Numbered from the stretch's first letter, positions 13,019-32,369 are shown. The stretch: DNA of 124,000 bases from Octopus vulgaris (GCA_951406725.2 OX597822.1:43420001-43544000), one strand, 5' to 3'. Translations and numbers: made by a program. Notes: generated from the sequence alone by a model not told the origin.

Positions 13019-13430
13019 AGGGCGGCGAGCTGGCAGAAACGTTAGCATGCAGGGTGAAATGGTTAGCGGTATTTCATGTCTTACGTTCTGAGTTCAAAGC
13101 CGTGGTCGGCTTTGCCTTTCATCCTTTCGGGGTCGATAAATTAAGTACTAGTTGTACACTGGGGTCGATGTAATCGACTTAATCCCTGTGTCTGTCTTTG
13201 ATTGTCCCCTCTATGCGCAATAAAGAAATAAGAATCGTTAGCACGCAGGGTGAAATGCTTAGCGGTATTTCGTATGTCTTACGTTCTGAGTTCAAATTCC
13301 GCCAAGGTCGACTTTGCCTTTCATCCTTTCAGGGTTGATAAATCAAGTGCCAGTTGCGTACTGTGGTCGATCTAATCGATTTGTTCCCCTTCCCCAAAAT
13401 TTCGGGCCTTGTGCCTAGCGTATAAAAAAC
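13019..13430 (+). mobile_element. Two tandem SINE family A copies
   Basis: ggcggcgagctggcagaaacgttagc... and a second headless copy. Confidence 0.85.
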
Positions 13431-14116
13431 TCCCTAGATGGAACCATAACACCGAGTGCAGTTTCATAATTTACCCAGGACAACATTTCAGAAATGCGTT
13501 ATCTAAATGTATACTGAATAAAATTACGTTAAATCAACGTCGTTGATGTTGTTGACTGTATCTTTAAGAATCTGACTCTCCCTTCCTTATATCACTGTAA
13601 TGCTCTTCCTCCACTACATTCGTTCATGTCTGTCTGTCTGTATGTCTCTCTCTCTCACCCTGCCCCTCTATACCCCTCTCTCTATCTATCTGTCTGTGTC
13701 TGTGTGTGTGTCTGTATGTCTGTCTGTATCTCCATCTAGCTATGTATCTATCTGTGTGTCTGTCTCTCTCTCCCTCTTTCTCATCTCTCACTATTTGTCT
13801 CTCTCTCTCTCCATCTATCTATCTGTTTGTTTTTTCTTTCTGTCTGTTCAATACCCAGCCCCGCCACTCATTCTCTCTCTATGGGATTCAAGTATTGTTC
13901 TCCATTTCAGTTTTGCGTTCATATTCCTCATTATTTGATAAACTACCCTTATTCTTCTATTCTTCTATTCTTCTATTCTTCTAATCTTTTATTCTCATTA
14001 ACCACCCTACCACCAGTAGCCATTTCCCATCCACTTTTTCACAAACGTGCTTTCTCTACTCACCCCATTCTACATTCTGCTTCCACTTCCTTCCCTTTCT
14101 ACTTCCAGCATCGCAT

Positions 14117-19140
<5,024 letters not shown>

Positions 19141-20811
19141 AAAGTTTGATGTATATTACATTATGATACACAGTCGACTGTATTCTTTAGATATTTGCTA
19201 TATCACATGTCTGGCCTTTCGTTTTCCTAACATATTTAGTTACGCAAAAAACCTCACCAATACTAAAGGGTACCACTACTAAATAACCATAACCATTCCC
19301 CATACCCTGACCGCCCCCGTCTTCTCTAACCGAAATAATTTTTGTGTAAACATTTTCCGAAATCTTTAACGCTTTTCATACCAACCCACCGCAGAGCGCT
19401 TCTCTTTTATATTGTTCATATTTAAATTACAACTTTCCATTATAATTTTATGTAAGAACCTTTAGTTAAGTTGTATCCCAAACTCTAACCTAATATGCCA
19501 ATTAATAATTGAAAATTGTTTCTTGTTTTTTTTGCTATATCCGACAAAATTGTTAATTATTTTCAAAATTAATCGAAACACAGGCAGTTTATTTCATTAG
19601 AAATATGATGATAAAAGAGTTAATTGAAGCAGCACCATCGACTCCTACACCATACTGCATCTTTTTAATGTTATTATAAACGTTCATACATTTGTGAAGT
19701 AGTAATTGTGTGCCAGTAGTAACCAATTCTCTCGCCGCTCATCCGTTTTTTTCACTTACGAGCGAAATACTGAGGACGCCATCTTGCCCATTGCTATACT
19801 ATGCACTGACTGCACTGCACCACTTTATGTTACACTGCACCAGATCGACTGCAGTATATTACATGCCAAATGCTAAGCTACTTTCTGGCCCACGATAGAG
19901 TCTCTACTTGGTCGTACGAAATGTTGAAATGGCAATCAAATCTTCTTTAAATCATACGGTTTTTTTAATAAAAAGCTCGTAGGGCGCTCTGGATTCATAC
20001 CTGAAATATGAAAAATAAAATGAAGGGCAGTCAGAGCTGTTAGGCATTGTACATAGCTGTTTTCGATCCGGCAACTAAACAGCGAAAACATCAACCGTAA
20101 CAACTATACCGGTAAGAAGAACACTAGTAATAACACTAACAACACTAACAACAATAACATCAGCAACACGGCCTGGTGAGAGGAGAGAGGACAAAGCCCT
20201 GCTTTTGAAGGGATTCCAAGATTTACCAGAGGAATAGAAAGCCTTGATATCCTGTATACGTAAAGGAAAACTTGCAACATAATGGACCCTGCTAAAAGCG
20301 CTCTAGAATCATGTGAGGCAATTTATTCGGGGCTAACTGAGTAGATCTTGGTAAAGATGCCCAGGGACTAAGTGAAGGGATAAACTGGGTAACAAAAGGG
20401 TGGATCCTGATGAAAACTAGATGAAAAAACCTGATCTGACCCTTCTAATGGCGCCCACAGCCCAGCTAGACCGGTAATGAAGGGGACGCTTTATAATTAC
20501 TTACCATGGACATACAAACAAGGCTAATCTTGAAAAATACAATGTAAACTGAAAGAAAATTCGCAACTTCAAATAATTAGCTCGTAGTGAATTTTTCTCT
20601 TGTTGCGGGACCCCTTCTTAGGGACATAAGTTCGGCATACGCCTTTACGAAGCTCGCAAACTTTTTAATCTGACCTCAGCGGAATTTTCAGAAGAAATTC
20701 TGCCTGACCTGTTAAAAATTCTATCAGCTCACCGCCTTTATACCAACGTGGCGGAAATTCCCATTTATTATTTTTAGCGATATAGACAGACACCTAAGCT
20801 CACGGAACTTG

Positions 20812-20875
<64 letters not shown>

Positions 20876-21054
20876 GTTTCAAATTTTGGCACAAGGCCAG
20901 TAATTTCGGGTAGGGGATCCAAAAGGATGAAAGGCAATGTAGACCTCGGCGGGAATTGAGCTCAAAACATGAAGACGATCGAAATGCCACTAAGCATTTT
21001 GTTCGACGTGCTAACAATTCTGCCGCCTTGGTAAGAGTAATAATAATAATGATA

Positions 21055-21092
<38 letters not shown>

Positions 21093-21623
21093 AACAACAA
21101 CAACAACAACAGCAACAGCAAAAACAACATCAACAACAACACCAACAATAATAATAATAAAGGTTTACGAACACCCGAAATGAATGATTTGACCAATGTA
21201 TCCATTGGTTCATTAACCAACAATCATATTTATTCATTTTCAAAATATTTAATAATAAATTATATAAAAGATGGTGTGAATAACTCTGCATTTCATGACG
21301 GCCAGAAACATAGGTTGAAGTTCATTTCCGTTGTAATGAATTTTACCGTAAACATTTTTTGCTGACAGAAAATTTGCCATAAGAGATTTCATCATGTATT
21401 TTTAATGCTTGGCGTTGAATAAAGACTTGCTCATTTAACGCATTAATAAAACTATTTATCATTCTTTTGTGTTTAAAGAAATACCGGTATACATCGCTTT
21501 ATCGTTGTGCATAGGAAGAATTTGTCTTTTGGCTAGTTTTCTTATATGGCGAAATTTCCTACTGGGAATTTTCCGGACTAGAGTAATTCCTGTTTATGAA
21601 TTGAGTTTATATTCTTTTATTAT

Positions 21624-21998
21624 GGAGGCGCAATGGCCCAGTGGTTAGGGCAGCGGACACGCGGTCACAGGTTCGCGGTTTCGATTCCCAGACCGGGCGT
21701 TGTGAGTGTTTATTGAGCGAAAACATCTAAAAAGCTTCACGAGGCTCCGGCAGGGGATGGTGGTGATCCCTGCTGTACTCTTTCTCTCACTCTTACTTCC
21801 TGTTTCTGTTGTACCTGTATTTCAAGGGACCGGCCTTGTCACTCTCTGTGTCACGCTGAATATCCCCGAGAACTACGTTAAGGGTGCACGTGTCTGTGGA
21901 GTGCTCAGCCACTTACACGTTAATTTCACGAGCAGGCTGTTCCGTTGATTCGGATCAACCGGAACCCTCATCGTCGTAACCGACGGAGTGCTTCCACA
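21624..21998 (+). mobile_element. Full-length SINE family C (tRNA-Arg-like head)
   Basis: ggaggcgcaatggcccagtggttagggcagcggac...gcggtttcgattcccagaccggg (A and B boxes) to tail ...ggaaccctcatcgtcgtaaccgacggagtgc. Confidence 0.85.
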
Positions 21999-22272
21999 TT
22001 CTTTTATTAATTTCGAAGTCGATAGAGTGTTAGATAGATTGTTGTACGTATTCGAGCTGTTTAATTCTGCAGTTGAAATCTCTTCGTTCTATACTTTCGG
22101 AGCCGATAAATAAAGAACCAGTTTTGGTGTGGTTGACTAATGCGATTCTTAGAGAGTCGACAGCGATGTCGTGCATTATCTGTTCTGTTCTTTACATCAT
22201 GTGTTCAAATATTAACCTCCTATCATCATATTCTTCGTTGTAAGTAACAACTTGCTAACTATGATGCGTCTC

Positions 22273-23400
22273 TGGCGAGCTGGCAGAAACGTTAGCACGC
22301 CGGGCGGCGTATTTCGTCTGCCGTTACGCCCTGAGTTAAAATTCCGCCGAGGTCGACTATGCCTTTCATCCTTTCGGGGTCGATTAAAGAAGTACAAGTT
22401 ACGCACTGGGGTCGATATAATCGACTTAGTCCGTTTGTCTGTCCTTGTTTGTCCTCTCTGTGTTTAGCCCCTTGTGGGTAGTAAAGAAATAGGTATTTCG
22501 TCTGCCGTTATGTTCTGAGTTCAAATTCCGCCGGGGTCGACTTTGCCTTTCATCCTTTCTGGGTCGATTAAATAAAGTACCAGTTATACACTGGGTCGAT
22601 ATAATCGACTTAATCTGTTTGTCTGTCCTTGTCTGTCCCCTCTGTGTTTAGCCCCTTCTGAGCAGTAAAGAAATAAGAAACGTTAGTATGCCGGGCGAAA
22701 TGCTTACCGGTATTTTGTCTGCCGTTACTTTCTGAATTCAAATTCCGTCTAGTGCAGAACATCGATTGCAAGAACATCTCTGAGATATCAATATCAAAAT
22801 GTAGCAGAATCTGCACTTAAAAAGAAGCTGGATAAACGCTAGGAGTGAAAAACAAACAAATCATTGTATTCAGCTATTGGACATTGGCCAAAGTGAGGCA
22901 CGGCCAAAAGTACTTTTGAATCAAGTCTATCGAATCTGACACTTTCTGTGGCACATAGTTTATCGCTTTACAATATTCTGGTGTTTTTCAAGGCAGCGAC
23001 CTGGCAGAATCGTTAGCACGACGGGCGAAGTGCTTAGCGGTATGTCGTCTGCCGTTACGTTCTGAGTTCAAATTCCGCCGAGGTCGACTTTGTCTTTCAT
23101 CCTTTCGGGGGTCGCTAAATTAGTACCAATTACGCGCTGGGGTCGATGTAATCGACTTAATCCCTTTACCTGTCCTTGTTTGTCCTCTCTATGTTTAGCC
23201 CCTTGTAGGCAATAAAGAAATAAGAATCATTAGCACGCCGAGAGAAATGCTGAGTGGAATTTCGTCTGTCTTTACGTTCTGAGTTCAAATTCCGCCGAGG
23301 CTGACTTTGCCTTTCATTTTTCGGGGTCGGTAAATTAGTACCAGGTCCATAATCGACTGTCCCTCTCCCGCAAAATTCCGTGCCTTGTGCCTAGAGAATA
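22273..23400 (+). mobile_element. Cluster of about five SINE family A copies in head-to-tail runs
   Basis: Repeated ...gttcaaattccgccgaggtcgactttgcctttcatcctttcggggtcgat... units at about 22273, 22496, 22676, 22990 and 23226. Confidence 0.85.
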
Positions 23401-23451
23401 TTCTGGTGTGTTGGTGGTCTTCTTGTTTTTGTTCTTGCTACTGTTACTGCG

Positions 23452-23755
23452 TGGAGGCACATGGCCTAGTGGTTAGAGCAGCGGACTCGCGGTCGAGGGA
23501 TCGCGGGTTCGAGTCGAGGACGGGGTGATGTGTGTATTTATGAGCGAAACACCGAAGCTCCACGCGGCTCCGGCAGAAGGTAATGGCGAAATTCTACTGA
23601 CTCTTTCGCCACAACTTTCTCTCACTCTTTCCTCCTGCATCTTGCAGCTCACCTGTGACGGATTGGCGTTCCGTCCAGGTGGAGAAGCTATACGCTAAGG
23701 AAACCGGGAAACCGGCCCTGATGAGCCAGGAATGGCTCGAGAAGAAACAAGCAAC
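23452..23755 (+). mobile_element. SINE with family-C-like head and V-domain-like tail
   Basis: ggaggcacatggcctagtggttagagcagcgg head. Tail cctgtgacggattggcgttccgtccagg...gaaaccgggaaaccggccctgatgagcc resembles V-SINE domains (recalled similarity, not a search). Confidence 0.65.
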
Positions 23756-25696
23756 AGCTGTTACTGCTGCCATTTTTGTTGTGGCTGTTGCTTTATTATT
23801 TATTGTTGTTGCTGTTGTGCAAAACACTTAATTTCATGTTACTCCAGTCCATGCAGTTGCGAAGGAAGAAATACCCACACGCGCAGACTTTCTGGCGTCC
23901 CGTCCAGGCTGGACATCGCGATCTCGATCGCTTATACATCACGGAAACCAGGTAACGGTGGTTATGAGTCATTGGACTCGAAACGGTTACATCCAGCGGT
24001 TGATGATGATGATGATTTGGATGATAGAGGTGTTGCTGTTGCTGTCCTTGTTCTTTGTTCAAATCACACCACTTTCCCCTTTACCGTCCATGAATTAAAC
24101 GTGATCTATCAAATAATACACCAGTAATAACCTGCGGTCAATTTAATCACGTCACAAAGCGGTGATCTGACAGATTCATTATCGCGTCGGACAAAATGCG
24201 TAGTGACATTTCGTCAGGACTTTACCTTTTGAGTTTAAATGCTGCCGAGGTCGACTTTGTCTTTCACCCGCTCGGGGTTTGATAAAATAAGTACCAGTTG
24301 AATACTGAGGTCGATGTAATCGACTTACCCCACCTCTAAAAACCGCTGGCCCTGTGCCAAAATTTGAAACCAGTTTAGACTAGTCATTCTCAATATTTCC
24401 AACCGCAGACCCCTAGTAATCCAATGGAATCACCTACGGCTCCCCAGGTTTTTGAATGGTATCCCTACTCAGTAAACCGATTATATCAATTAACAACAAA
24501 CTCGTTTTCTCAGTTTCATCAATCAATTAGAAAAAAGAAGCTGATTGAATAATTAATTGTATGCAGCTGAGTAATTATATATTTGGCATTGCGTTTTGTT
24601 TTCTTTTTTTCATAAACTTCGAACACAGCTCACTGGCATCTTGTACAAGTTGCGGGGATCCGCAAGGGGTCTACAGGACCCCCCGGTTAGGAACCATTTA
24701 TTAGCCAAATGTGTTCCCTGCGTAAAGGCATAGACATTTGTTACAATAAACAACAACAAAATCAACAAGCACTTAAAAAAAAACCTGATAAAATACCGAA
24801 TTATCATTTATGCAGCTTTTACGTTTCTTGCAGCTATCACTACTGTTGTTATTGTTTTTGTTGTTGTTGTTATTGACGTTGTTGTTGTCTTCTTCTTCCA
24901 ATCAGGACTCACGCTATTAGCCACAAAGAATAATCTCTAATTCGAGCCTACTCTAAGCTACTAAGAATGCGTGTGGTAACTTGAAGGTCCATCCACCACA
25001 CGCGATAGACTGACAGTTGCACGGGCGCGAAAGCTACGTTGTTATCCTCATTCCGTAAACGGGGTAACAAAGGATTACAAAGGATTCACAATCTAAACTA
25101 GGGTCTGAAAGTTTGCCACACCATAGTGGGTTACACCATGGTTCCTCTGCTTAGTGTCAGAAGTAGGAAGAAAGAGTGAGAGAAAGTTGTGGGAAAAGAG
25201 TACATCGGGGTTCACCCACTACTCCCCGTCGGATCCTCGTGGAGCTTAGATGTTTTTGCTCAATAAACACTCACAATGCCCGGTCTGGTAATCGAAATCG
25301 CGTTCTTACGACCGCGAATCCACTGCCCTAACTCCTGGTCCATTGCGTCTCCACCGTTGTTGTTGGTCGTGGTTTCATAGTTATCGCTGGTGTTGTTTAC
25401 AGACGGAGATTAACCTCCCTGGTTGTTTCTGTAGGATTTGAGATCTGATAATACTGTTGTTTATTAGTGTGACTGAATGACATGTGATCATTGACGTCAT
25501 CATTGCCACTCTTGTTGTTGTCGTTATCGTTGCATTTGTTGTTATTATCTCAATATGTGTGCGGGTAGACATTGTGTATTCGCGTATAAATCTAATGCAA
25601 ATGTATCATTAACTGATTTTAACGATAATTAACCCAGTCATTCGATTAATTGATCGAACTATTTACTGGATTATACACCCAGGTGGATGGGTAAAC

Positions 25697-26200
25697 TTAG
25701 ATAAACTTAGATATGTTTCGACCAAAGATTGGTCCAGGCCATGTCTAACTTAATAGCACCACCTGATAGGATTATTTGAATCCTGTTTAAGTCAAGTTTT
25801 GTTTATGGTCCATTCAAGTAGTGAGTTTTTGTTGGGTAAGTTGTATCCAATTATGGGTGGCTTATCTGGTATTCCTTGAAGGAATCTATCCAGACTCCAT
25901 TTAAAGTTGATGGGATCCTTTTCCTCTTTGATCTCTTTCGGGACAATATTAAATAGGGCAGGGCCTATTGAGGAAAATAAATTATGTTGCAGTGTACATG
26001 TATGCTGTGATCTTGAATTGGGCAGGGGACGTATGGCCCGTGGTCCCAGTCTTGAATGAAACTTGAAGCTAATGTTCAGGTCGTTTGGGCAAAGTTGGCG
26101 GTATATTCTCCACATCGTACAAATGATGTACCGCTCACGGCGACGCTGGAGAGAGTAGAGTTTCAACTTTTCCACGGATTCCAACATTTGCCAATTTCCG
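25697..26200 (-). mobile_element. 5'-truncated CR1/L2-group LINE (family shared with 63.0 and 119.5 kb)
   Basis: ORF 25792-26187 (KLKLYSLQRRRERYIICTMWRIY...GPALFNIVP...DRFLQGIPDKP), 3' UTR and (CTAAGTTTAT)-type tail. Confidence 0.85.
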
Positions 26201-26214
26201 CAGATATTCTTTTT

Positions 26215-26424
26215 TCTTTTATTCTTTTATTTGTTTCAGTCATTTTGTCTGCGGTAATGCTGGAGCACCGCCTTTAGTAGAAACGGATCGTCCCCAGGAC
26301 TTATTCTTTGTAAATTTAGTACTTATTCTATCGGGGTCTTTTGCCGAACCGCTAAGTCAAGGGCACGTAAACACACCAACATCGGTTGTCAAGCGATGTT
26401 GAGGGACAAACAGACACACAAACA

Positions 26425-26473
<49 letters not shown>

Positions 26474-26545
26474 TTACGACGGGCTTCTTTCAGTTTCCGT
26501 CTACCAAATTCACTCACAAGGTTTTGGTCGACTCGAGGCTATAGT
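26215..26545 (-). mobile_element. SINE family B with internal microsatellite
   Basis: Reverse complement tail ggcggtgctccagcattaccgcagacaaaatgactgaaac. Internal (TA)/(TG) repeat. Confidence 0.8.
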
Positions 26546-26557
26546 AGATAACACTGG

Positions 26558-26870
26558 TACTCCGCTTACGAGAATGATGGGTTCCAGTTGATCCCATCAA
26601 CGGAACAGCCTGCTCGTGAAATTCACTTGGTAGAGCACTCCACAGACACGTGTACCGTTGATTTTTTTCTCATGGAGATTCAGCGTGACACAGAATGTGA
26701 CAAGGCTGGCCCTTTGAAATATAGGCACTAATAATTTTTTTCCAGCTGAGTGGACTGAAGCAAAATGAAATAAAGTATCTTGCTCAAGGACACAACGCGT
26801 CGCCGGGATTTGAACTCACAACCTTATGATCGTTGGCTGAATATCCTAACCATTAAGCCACGCACCTCTT
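26558..26870 (-). mobile_element. SINE family D
   Basis: Reverse complement of the head and tail seen at 12622. Confidence 0.7.
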
Positions 26871-27337
26871 CACACATATATGTTCCCTTCAAGTAAACAT
26901 CCTGCAAACTCAGTGTACGTAGGACAAGGATGGACTTGTGCATTCCATCTGACGGGGTTCCACGCGGTTTATGGCAAAGCAATTTGACCCGCAAGGCTGG
27001 TATCAACCTGAAGCAATTGGAGACGACACTTGCCCAAGATACTAAAGTTCTGGATTAGAAAGTGGACTTGTGAACCCCTTGGTTATATCTGTGTTTTCAT
27101 AAACACGTACTCGGATATACAAAGTGGGAAGAAACGATTGGGCGCAGCTGTTTGGGCGTAGATGTCTGGATGCTGGCGCTTTGGCGCTGCTGACTGTACA
27201 TTCAGCGTGTTTTGGAGACGGTACTTTTTGACGTACGCACATACGTAGACACAAACACCCACACACATCATATATACATACACACACGCACATAACCATA
27301 CATACACCGATAGAACGAGTAAGGCAAAGATAGATAG

Positions 27338-27412
<75 letters not shown>

Positions 27413-27916
27413 ATTTATTCATTGAACACGATTGACATAAACACATTCCCTTTTCTCGTACATGCAATGAGAAATATACTTACAAACGCAAACGGAGTAT
27501 GAGAGGGAGAGAGAGAAAAAGCAAGAAAGAAAGAGAGTGAGAGAGACTGACAGAGAAGGGCGGGAGGGAGGGAACGAGAGAAATCGTTAAACGAAAGAAA
27601 CATTAAAACTTCTATTGTCAAAAATGTCAGCGCCGACTCAGCGAAGCCAAAAGGGCAGCACCAAAACGGCTGAGCTGAAACTTCTCTTATCCCATATAAA
27701 TATACTTACAAACCTACACACTCATACACACACACACACATACACACACACACACATACACACACAAACACACATGCATACATATGCAGCCACACACATT
27801 AGTCATTTTAAAACAAATATCTTCACCCATCGCGAAGGAATGGGGCACGTAATATAATAAAATGCTTCAAATCCTTACATTATAAAAGCTAAAATAACTC
27901 TTACAGGTTTATAGGC

Positions 27917-28075
27917 TAACCAATCATTTGAATATTGGTCATAGAACATGGAATGCCAACCAATCATTTGAATATTGGTCATAGAACATGGAATGCTAAA
28001 CAATTATTTGAATATTGGTCATAGAACATGGAATGCTAAACAATTATTTGAATATTGGTCATAGAACATGGAATA
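27917..28075. repeat. 40-bp tandem repeat, 4 copies
   Basis: caat(c/t)atttgaatattggtcatagaacatggaatgc(c/t)aa(c/a), with period 40. Confidence 0.95.
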
Positions 28076-28079
28076 TCGC

Positions 28080-29500
28080 TTAAACTATTGTTACCATAAA
28101 CGAGAAGGAAATAAACATTATGACGCTGATTCGTCAAGAATTCTGCAACACCACAACTTTAACAATCTCTTTTGATGTCAGTATGGGTATTCACAACTTC
28201 TTGGAGATCAGTGAGTTATTTGGATCATAACTACTGTCAATTAGAAAAGAAGTTCCCTGTATAGTGGAAGGTACAATTTATTGAATGCCAGCCTTCTTAT
28301 TATAAACAACCTTAAACCTCGATAAATGGACAGAAAGAAATAAAAAATGCACGTTTTAAAAATTTAGTTTCAAAATAATTGCAGTTAATTTCTTAAAGAA
28401 ACATTAAACTTAAACAGTTCTTGATATTTTACACTAAATGCGCAAAAACAAATGAAACATGCAATTATATTCACTGATTATCCCCTCTCCAATTCTTATC
28501 ACGAAAATAGTAAAAATACAATGCTTAGAATTATTGGATTACTTGGGGTCAGTGGTTGAAAATCTTGAGAATGACTGGATTAAATTGACCACAAGTTATA
28601 ACTGGTAAGTTGTTTGATAGATCATGTTAAATGTTGAACGGTACTGGGGACTACAGTGAGACTTGGACAACAAGAACAGCAACAGCAACAACAATGTCAA
28701 CCTCATCGTCAACCGCTGGACATAACTGTGTCGTGTCCATGAACTCATAGACCCGGTTACCTGTCTTCCATGACCTATAAGTGACCGAGATCATAATGCA
28801 CCGCCTGGACCGGACGTGAGTGGGTCACAAGGTAACTCATTTAGAGCAGCGGGATATGAAGTGTTTTGCACAATAACTACAGAAGCAGCACACTGCTTGT
28901 AAACACTCTCTATAAGCAGTGTATTTATCTCCGGCCATGATAAAAATCTTTAAAAATGTCGTTACTTATTACAGCAAAGCTGTGGCGGATGATGGATTCA
29001 AGGCAATCATAAAATACACAAACGAAATAGCTAAACTCACATCCAACAATAAAGCAGTCTATTACTTGATATAACTATCTCTGTTGAAGTGCCAATAACC
29101 AATTAATACTTTATATTAATGAAACAACATCTCCACCCACTCCATAAATACCATAAAATATTCAATACAGAGACTTATTCCCCTATTCTTCTCTACTCTG
29201 TTCAAACTCAATAATTTATCAAAGCTGGCAAGGGCAACATCAACTGTGTGTTTAGTCACTGGAGTCTAACAGTCTTGGTAAGGATATTAAATTACCAATG
29301 CGCAAGAAAATCTCCCAATGCGTCTAAACAAATATAGGGCTTACATAAAATTCATTCAAACGGGGTTATAGCAACACAAGAATATATTTCGAAACAAAAA
29401 AAGATGGTACCTCACTTTATTCATCCGTTTTGAATCAGAAAAGCAATAATGAAGAATGCTTTTAAATGATATATAATCTTGCGCGTTTCGCCATATTGGC
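28080..29500 (+). mobile_element. Heavily decayed PLE (RT to GIY-YIG), interrupted by an RTE-like 3' tail at about 28690-28850 (-)
   Basis: FDVSMGIHNFLEISEL resembles the PLE RT motif FDVTMGSYDGAEICEL. GIY-YIG-like segment at about 29300-29450. Confidence 0.45.
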
Positions 29501-29703
29501 GAAATGATAACAACAGCATGGCCGTAGCCTCATGGCTGAAACATATAATAGAATAACAGAACAAAAGAATAAAAAACAAGCGTAATTTATGTTTTTTAGA
29601 AACCTGCGAGGCTTTATAAATAGACTCTGAGAGAGAAGCTTTTTCATGCAGGCATATAATTTTCAAAGATTTTCTGATATATTAAGCTTATAGTATATTC
29701 ATA

Positions 29704-29915
29704 AGGCGGTGAGCTGGTAGAATCGTTAGCACGCCGGACGAAATGCATAGCGGTATTTCGTCTGTCGCTACGTTGTGAGTTCAAATTCCGCCGAGATCGA
29801 TTTTCCTTTCATCCTTTCGGAGTCGATAAAATAAGTACCAGTTAGACATTGGGGTAGATGTAGTCGACTTAATCCCCCCCCCTCTAAATTTCAGGCCTTG
29901 TGCGTACAATAGAAG
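29704..29915 (+). mobile_element. SINE family A
   Basis: aggcggtgagctggtagaatcgttagcacgcc...aagtaccag. Confidence 0.8.
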
Positions 29916-31362
29916 AGATTTATAGTCTATTCAAATACGTTTCATAACCTAACATTTTGCCTTTCTTTTGCATTTTGGGAAATAACTGCGTTACAAGAAA
30001 GAAAGTATTTCGTTCACATCGACCTAAACAAAGTCCATTTGCATTAAACTTTCCAAGGAAATATTTTTCTAATATCTTATTTAACAGATTTTTCATACAT
30101 TCATACATGCATCCTTTCCCATGAAAAAACATTTTTATATCACGTCCTACATGTCACACATAAAGAAATATGAGATTTAGTTTAAATGTGTATGTGTGTG
30201 TGTGTGTGTATGTGTGAGAGAGAGAGAAACAACTACCGACTCCCGACATTTTAAGGTCTTGCAAACTTTTTGTTCCATACATTCTGATAATCCGTAGTGC
30301 ATAATAATGAGGACAAGTTTTTGTCTAAAAATGTCAGCCATATTTCGATCCAGAAGTGTTCGTACATTTCCCGTTGCTCTTGTATAAAAAATGAAAGTGT
30401 ATTTTTATAAACTCAGTCACTGATCTCCAAGTGAATGTATAAATGAATGAACGTATGTATGCATTCATGCATGTACCAGTGCATGTATAAGTACGTATAT
30501 ATACGTGGCACTCCGTCGGTTATGACGACGAGCGTTCCAATTGATCTGACCCACGGAACAGCCTGCTCGTGAAATTAGCGCACAAGTGGCTGAGCACTCC
30601 ACATATATTTATATGTATTTTTTTGTAGTTTCAGCTGGGGCTATGCTGGAGTACCACCGTCTGGGACTCTCGACAGGAAGAGGTTTAAAAACGCCTACAT
30701 TCATGTTTGTTCTTTTTCTCTTTTAAATTTAGCGGTGATTCCGGTTACCAAAATTTTAGCCCAAGGTACCACGGAAGAAGACAGTTCCTTCACATCGATC
30801 CCAGTGCTCAACTGGTATTTATTTAATCGACGCCGAAGGGATGAGAGGCAAAGTTGACCTCGATGGAATTCGAACTCAAAAGAAGGCGGTCGAAATACCG
30901 GTTAGCATTTTACCCGGTGTGCTAACGCTTCTGCCAGTTGGCCGCCTTACATCTAGCAACCACATTGACCGGCCAACTGCTTGGTAGCGAGTCTGTGATG
31001 AAAGCAATTTACTTTGTTCATTTTAAGTAGTTCTTGTAGATATTTGTGTCAGAGATATCGTAATCGATGGTCGCATATGAATTAAGGATTTACATTCTCT
31101 CCCCATATTTGTATGAATGGCTAATTGGTCGTATGTAAGCGTGCATGCATATACAGATTCATAACTGCATGGCTGGGTTTATATACATGTTAAGTGTGTG
31201 TGTTTGTATGTGTGGTAGTGTTACTAACGTTCCTACACATATTATTTAATGTCCTTATTAATTATATATATTTGAGGGTATACAAATATAAACATATGTA
31301 TATAATTATATATATAGTGCATCATACACATGGGTATACATATATATATATATATATATATA

Positions 31363-32369
31363 CTAGCAGTATCGCCCGGCGTTGCTCGGGTTTGTAAGGG
31401 AAATAACTATATAAGCATTTTTAGAGAGTTATAGCAAAAAAATAGCAAAAAAATGCATTAAAAATGGAATAAAAATGATAATTTTTTTTTAAATCGTTGA
31501 CTCATCGTAGACATTTTTAGAGAGTTACTTCCCTTATATAATAGCGAAAAAATGCATTAAAATGGAAAAAATGATGGTAATTTTTTTTTAAATCGTTGAC
31601 TCATCGTAGACATTTTTAGAGAGTTACTTCCCTTATATAATAGCGAAAAAATGCATTAAAATGGAAAAAATGATGGTAATTTTTTTAAAATCGTAGACTC
31701 ATCGTAGACGCGCGCTAATACCCAGAAGGGCTCGATATGAATCACGACTATAAGATACCCGGTTTTGGTTAAACTGCACCGCAAAATGTGGGAGTAGTTA
31801 GGAATCTAAATCATAGGAGTCAGACACACAACTTCACTTTTATATATAAAGAAGATTTGTGCAACAACTAAAACATTCGGTTGTGCAAATTGTTTGCACA
31901 GGTAACCTGCCCTGTGTGGCGGTTTTTGCCGTTTTTGTGGATCTGTTTCAGCTTTTTTAGCGATTTCTGTTTTGGCGACTTCAAGCCATGAAGTCGTCGT
32001 TCTAAAAGAACGCTGGTCTCCTTGACAACGCTTTACGACGTTGATTTCCCTACCCTGCCTTCCCACAGCTTCACGAGGGAGGGAAGAAGGGGGAGAAGCA
32101 ACACAGGTGCAGGTATGAGCATGGACGCCAACTCCGCCGCCTTCCCTTTATTAAAAAAATATGCGTTAAAATGGAAAAAAATTATAGTAAATTATTTTTA
32201 AAATCGTAGACTCATCGTAGACGCGCGCTAATACCCAGACGGGCTTGATATGAATCACGACTATAAGATACCCGAATTTGGTGAAACTGCATCGCAAAAT
32301 GTGGGAGTAGTTAGGAATCTAAATCGTAGGAGACAGACACTCACACAACTTCACTTTTATATATATAGA
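31363..32369 (-). mobile_element. Non-autonomous Helitron with internal direct duplications
   Basis: TC...CTAG ends and 3' hairpin. The gactcatcgtagac(atttttagagagttac) block is repeated and the gtagacgcgcgctaatacccag...ggaatctaaatc block occurs twice. Confidence 0.8.

Noticed and set aside
21624-21700. tRNA-like sequences at SINE heads
   Set aside because: They run directly into SINE bodies and lack a complete cloverleaf, so they are not tRNA genes.
23722-23752. CTGATGAGCC-AGGAAT-GGCTC looks like a hammerhead core
   Set aside because: No GAAA follows stem II and there are no stems I or III. It is the tail of the V-domain-like SINE.
27917-28075. CRISPR-like regular repeats (also 49660-50703)
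   Set aside because: The first has no unique spacers and the second has microsatellite spacers. The context is eukaryotic with no cas genes.
29512-29550. GGCC...GGCTGAAAC first read as a PLE hammerhead
   Set aside because: There is no CUGANGA. It matches the LINE/SINE-B 3' stem-loop tail instead.
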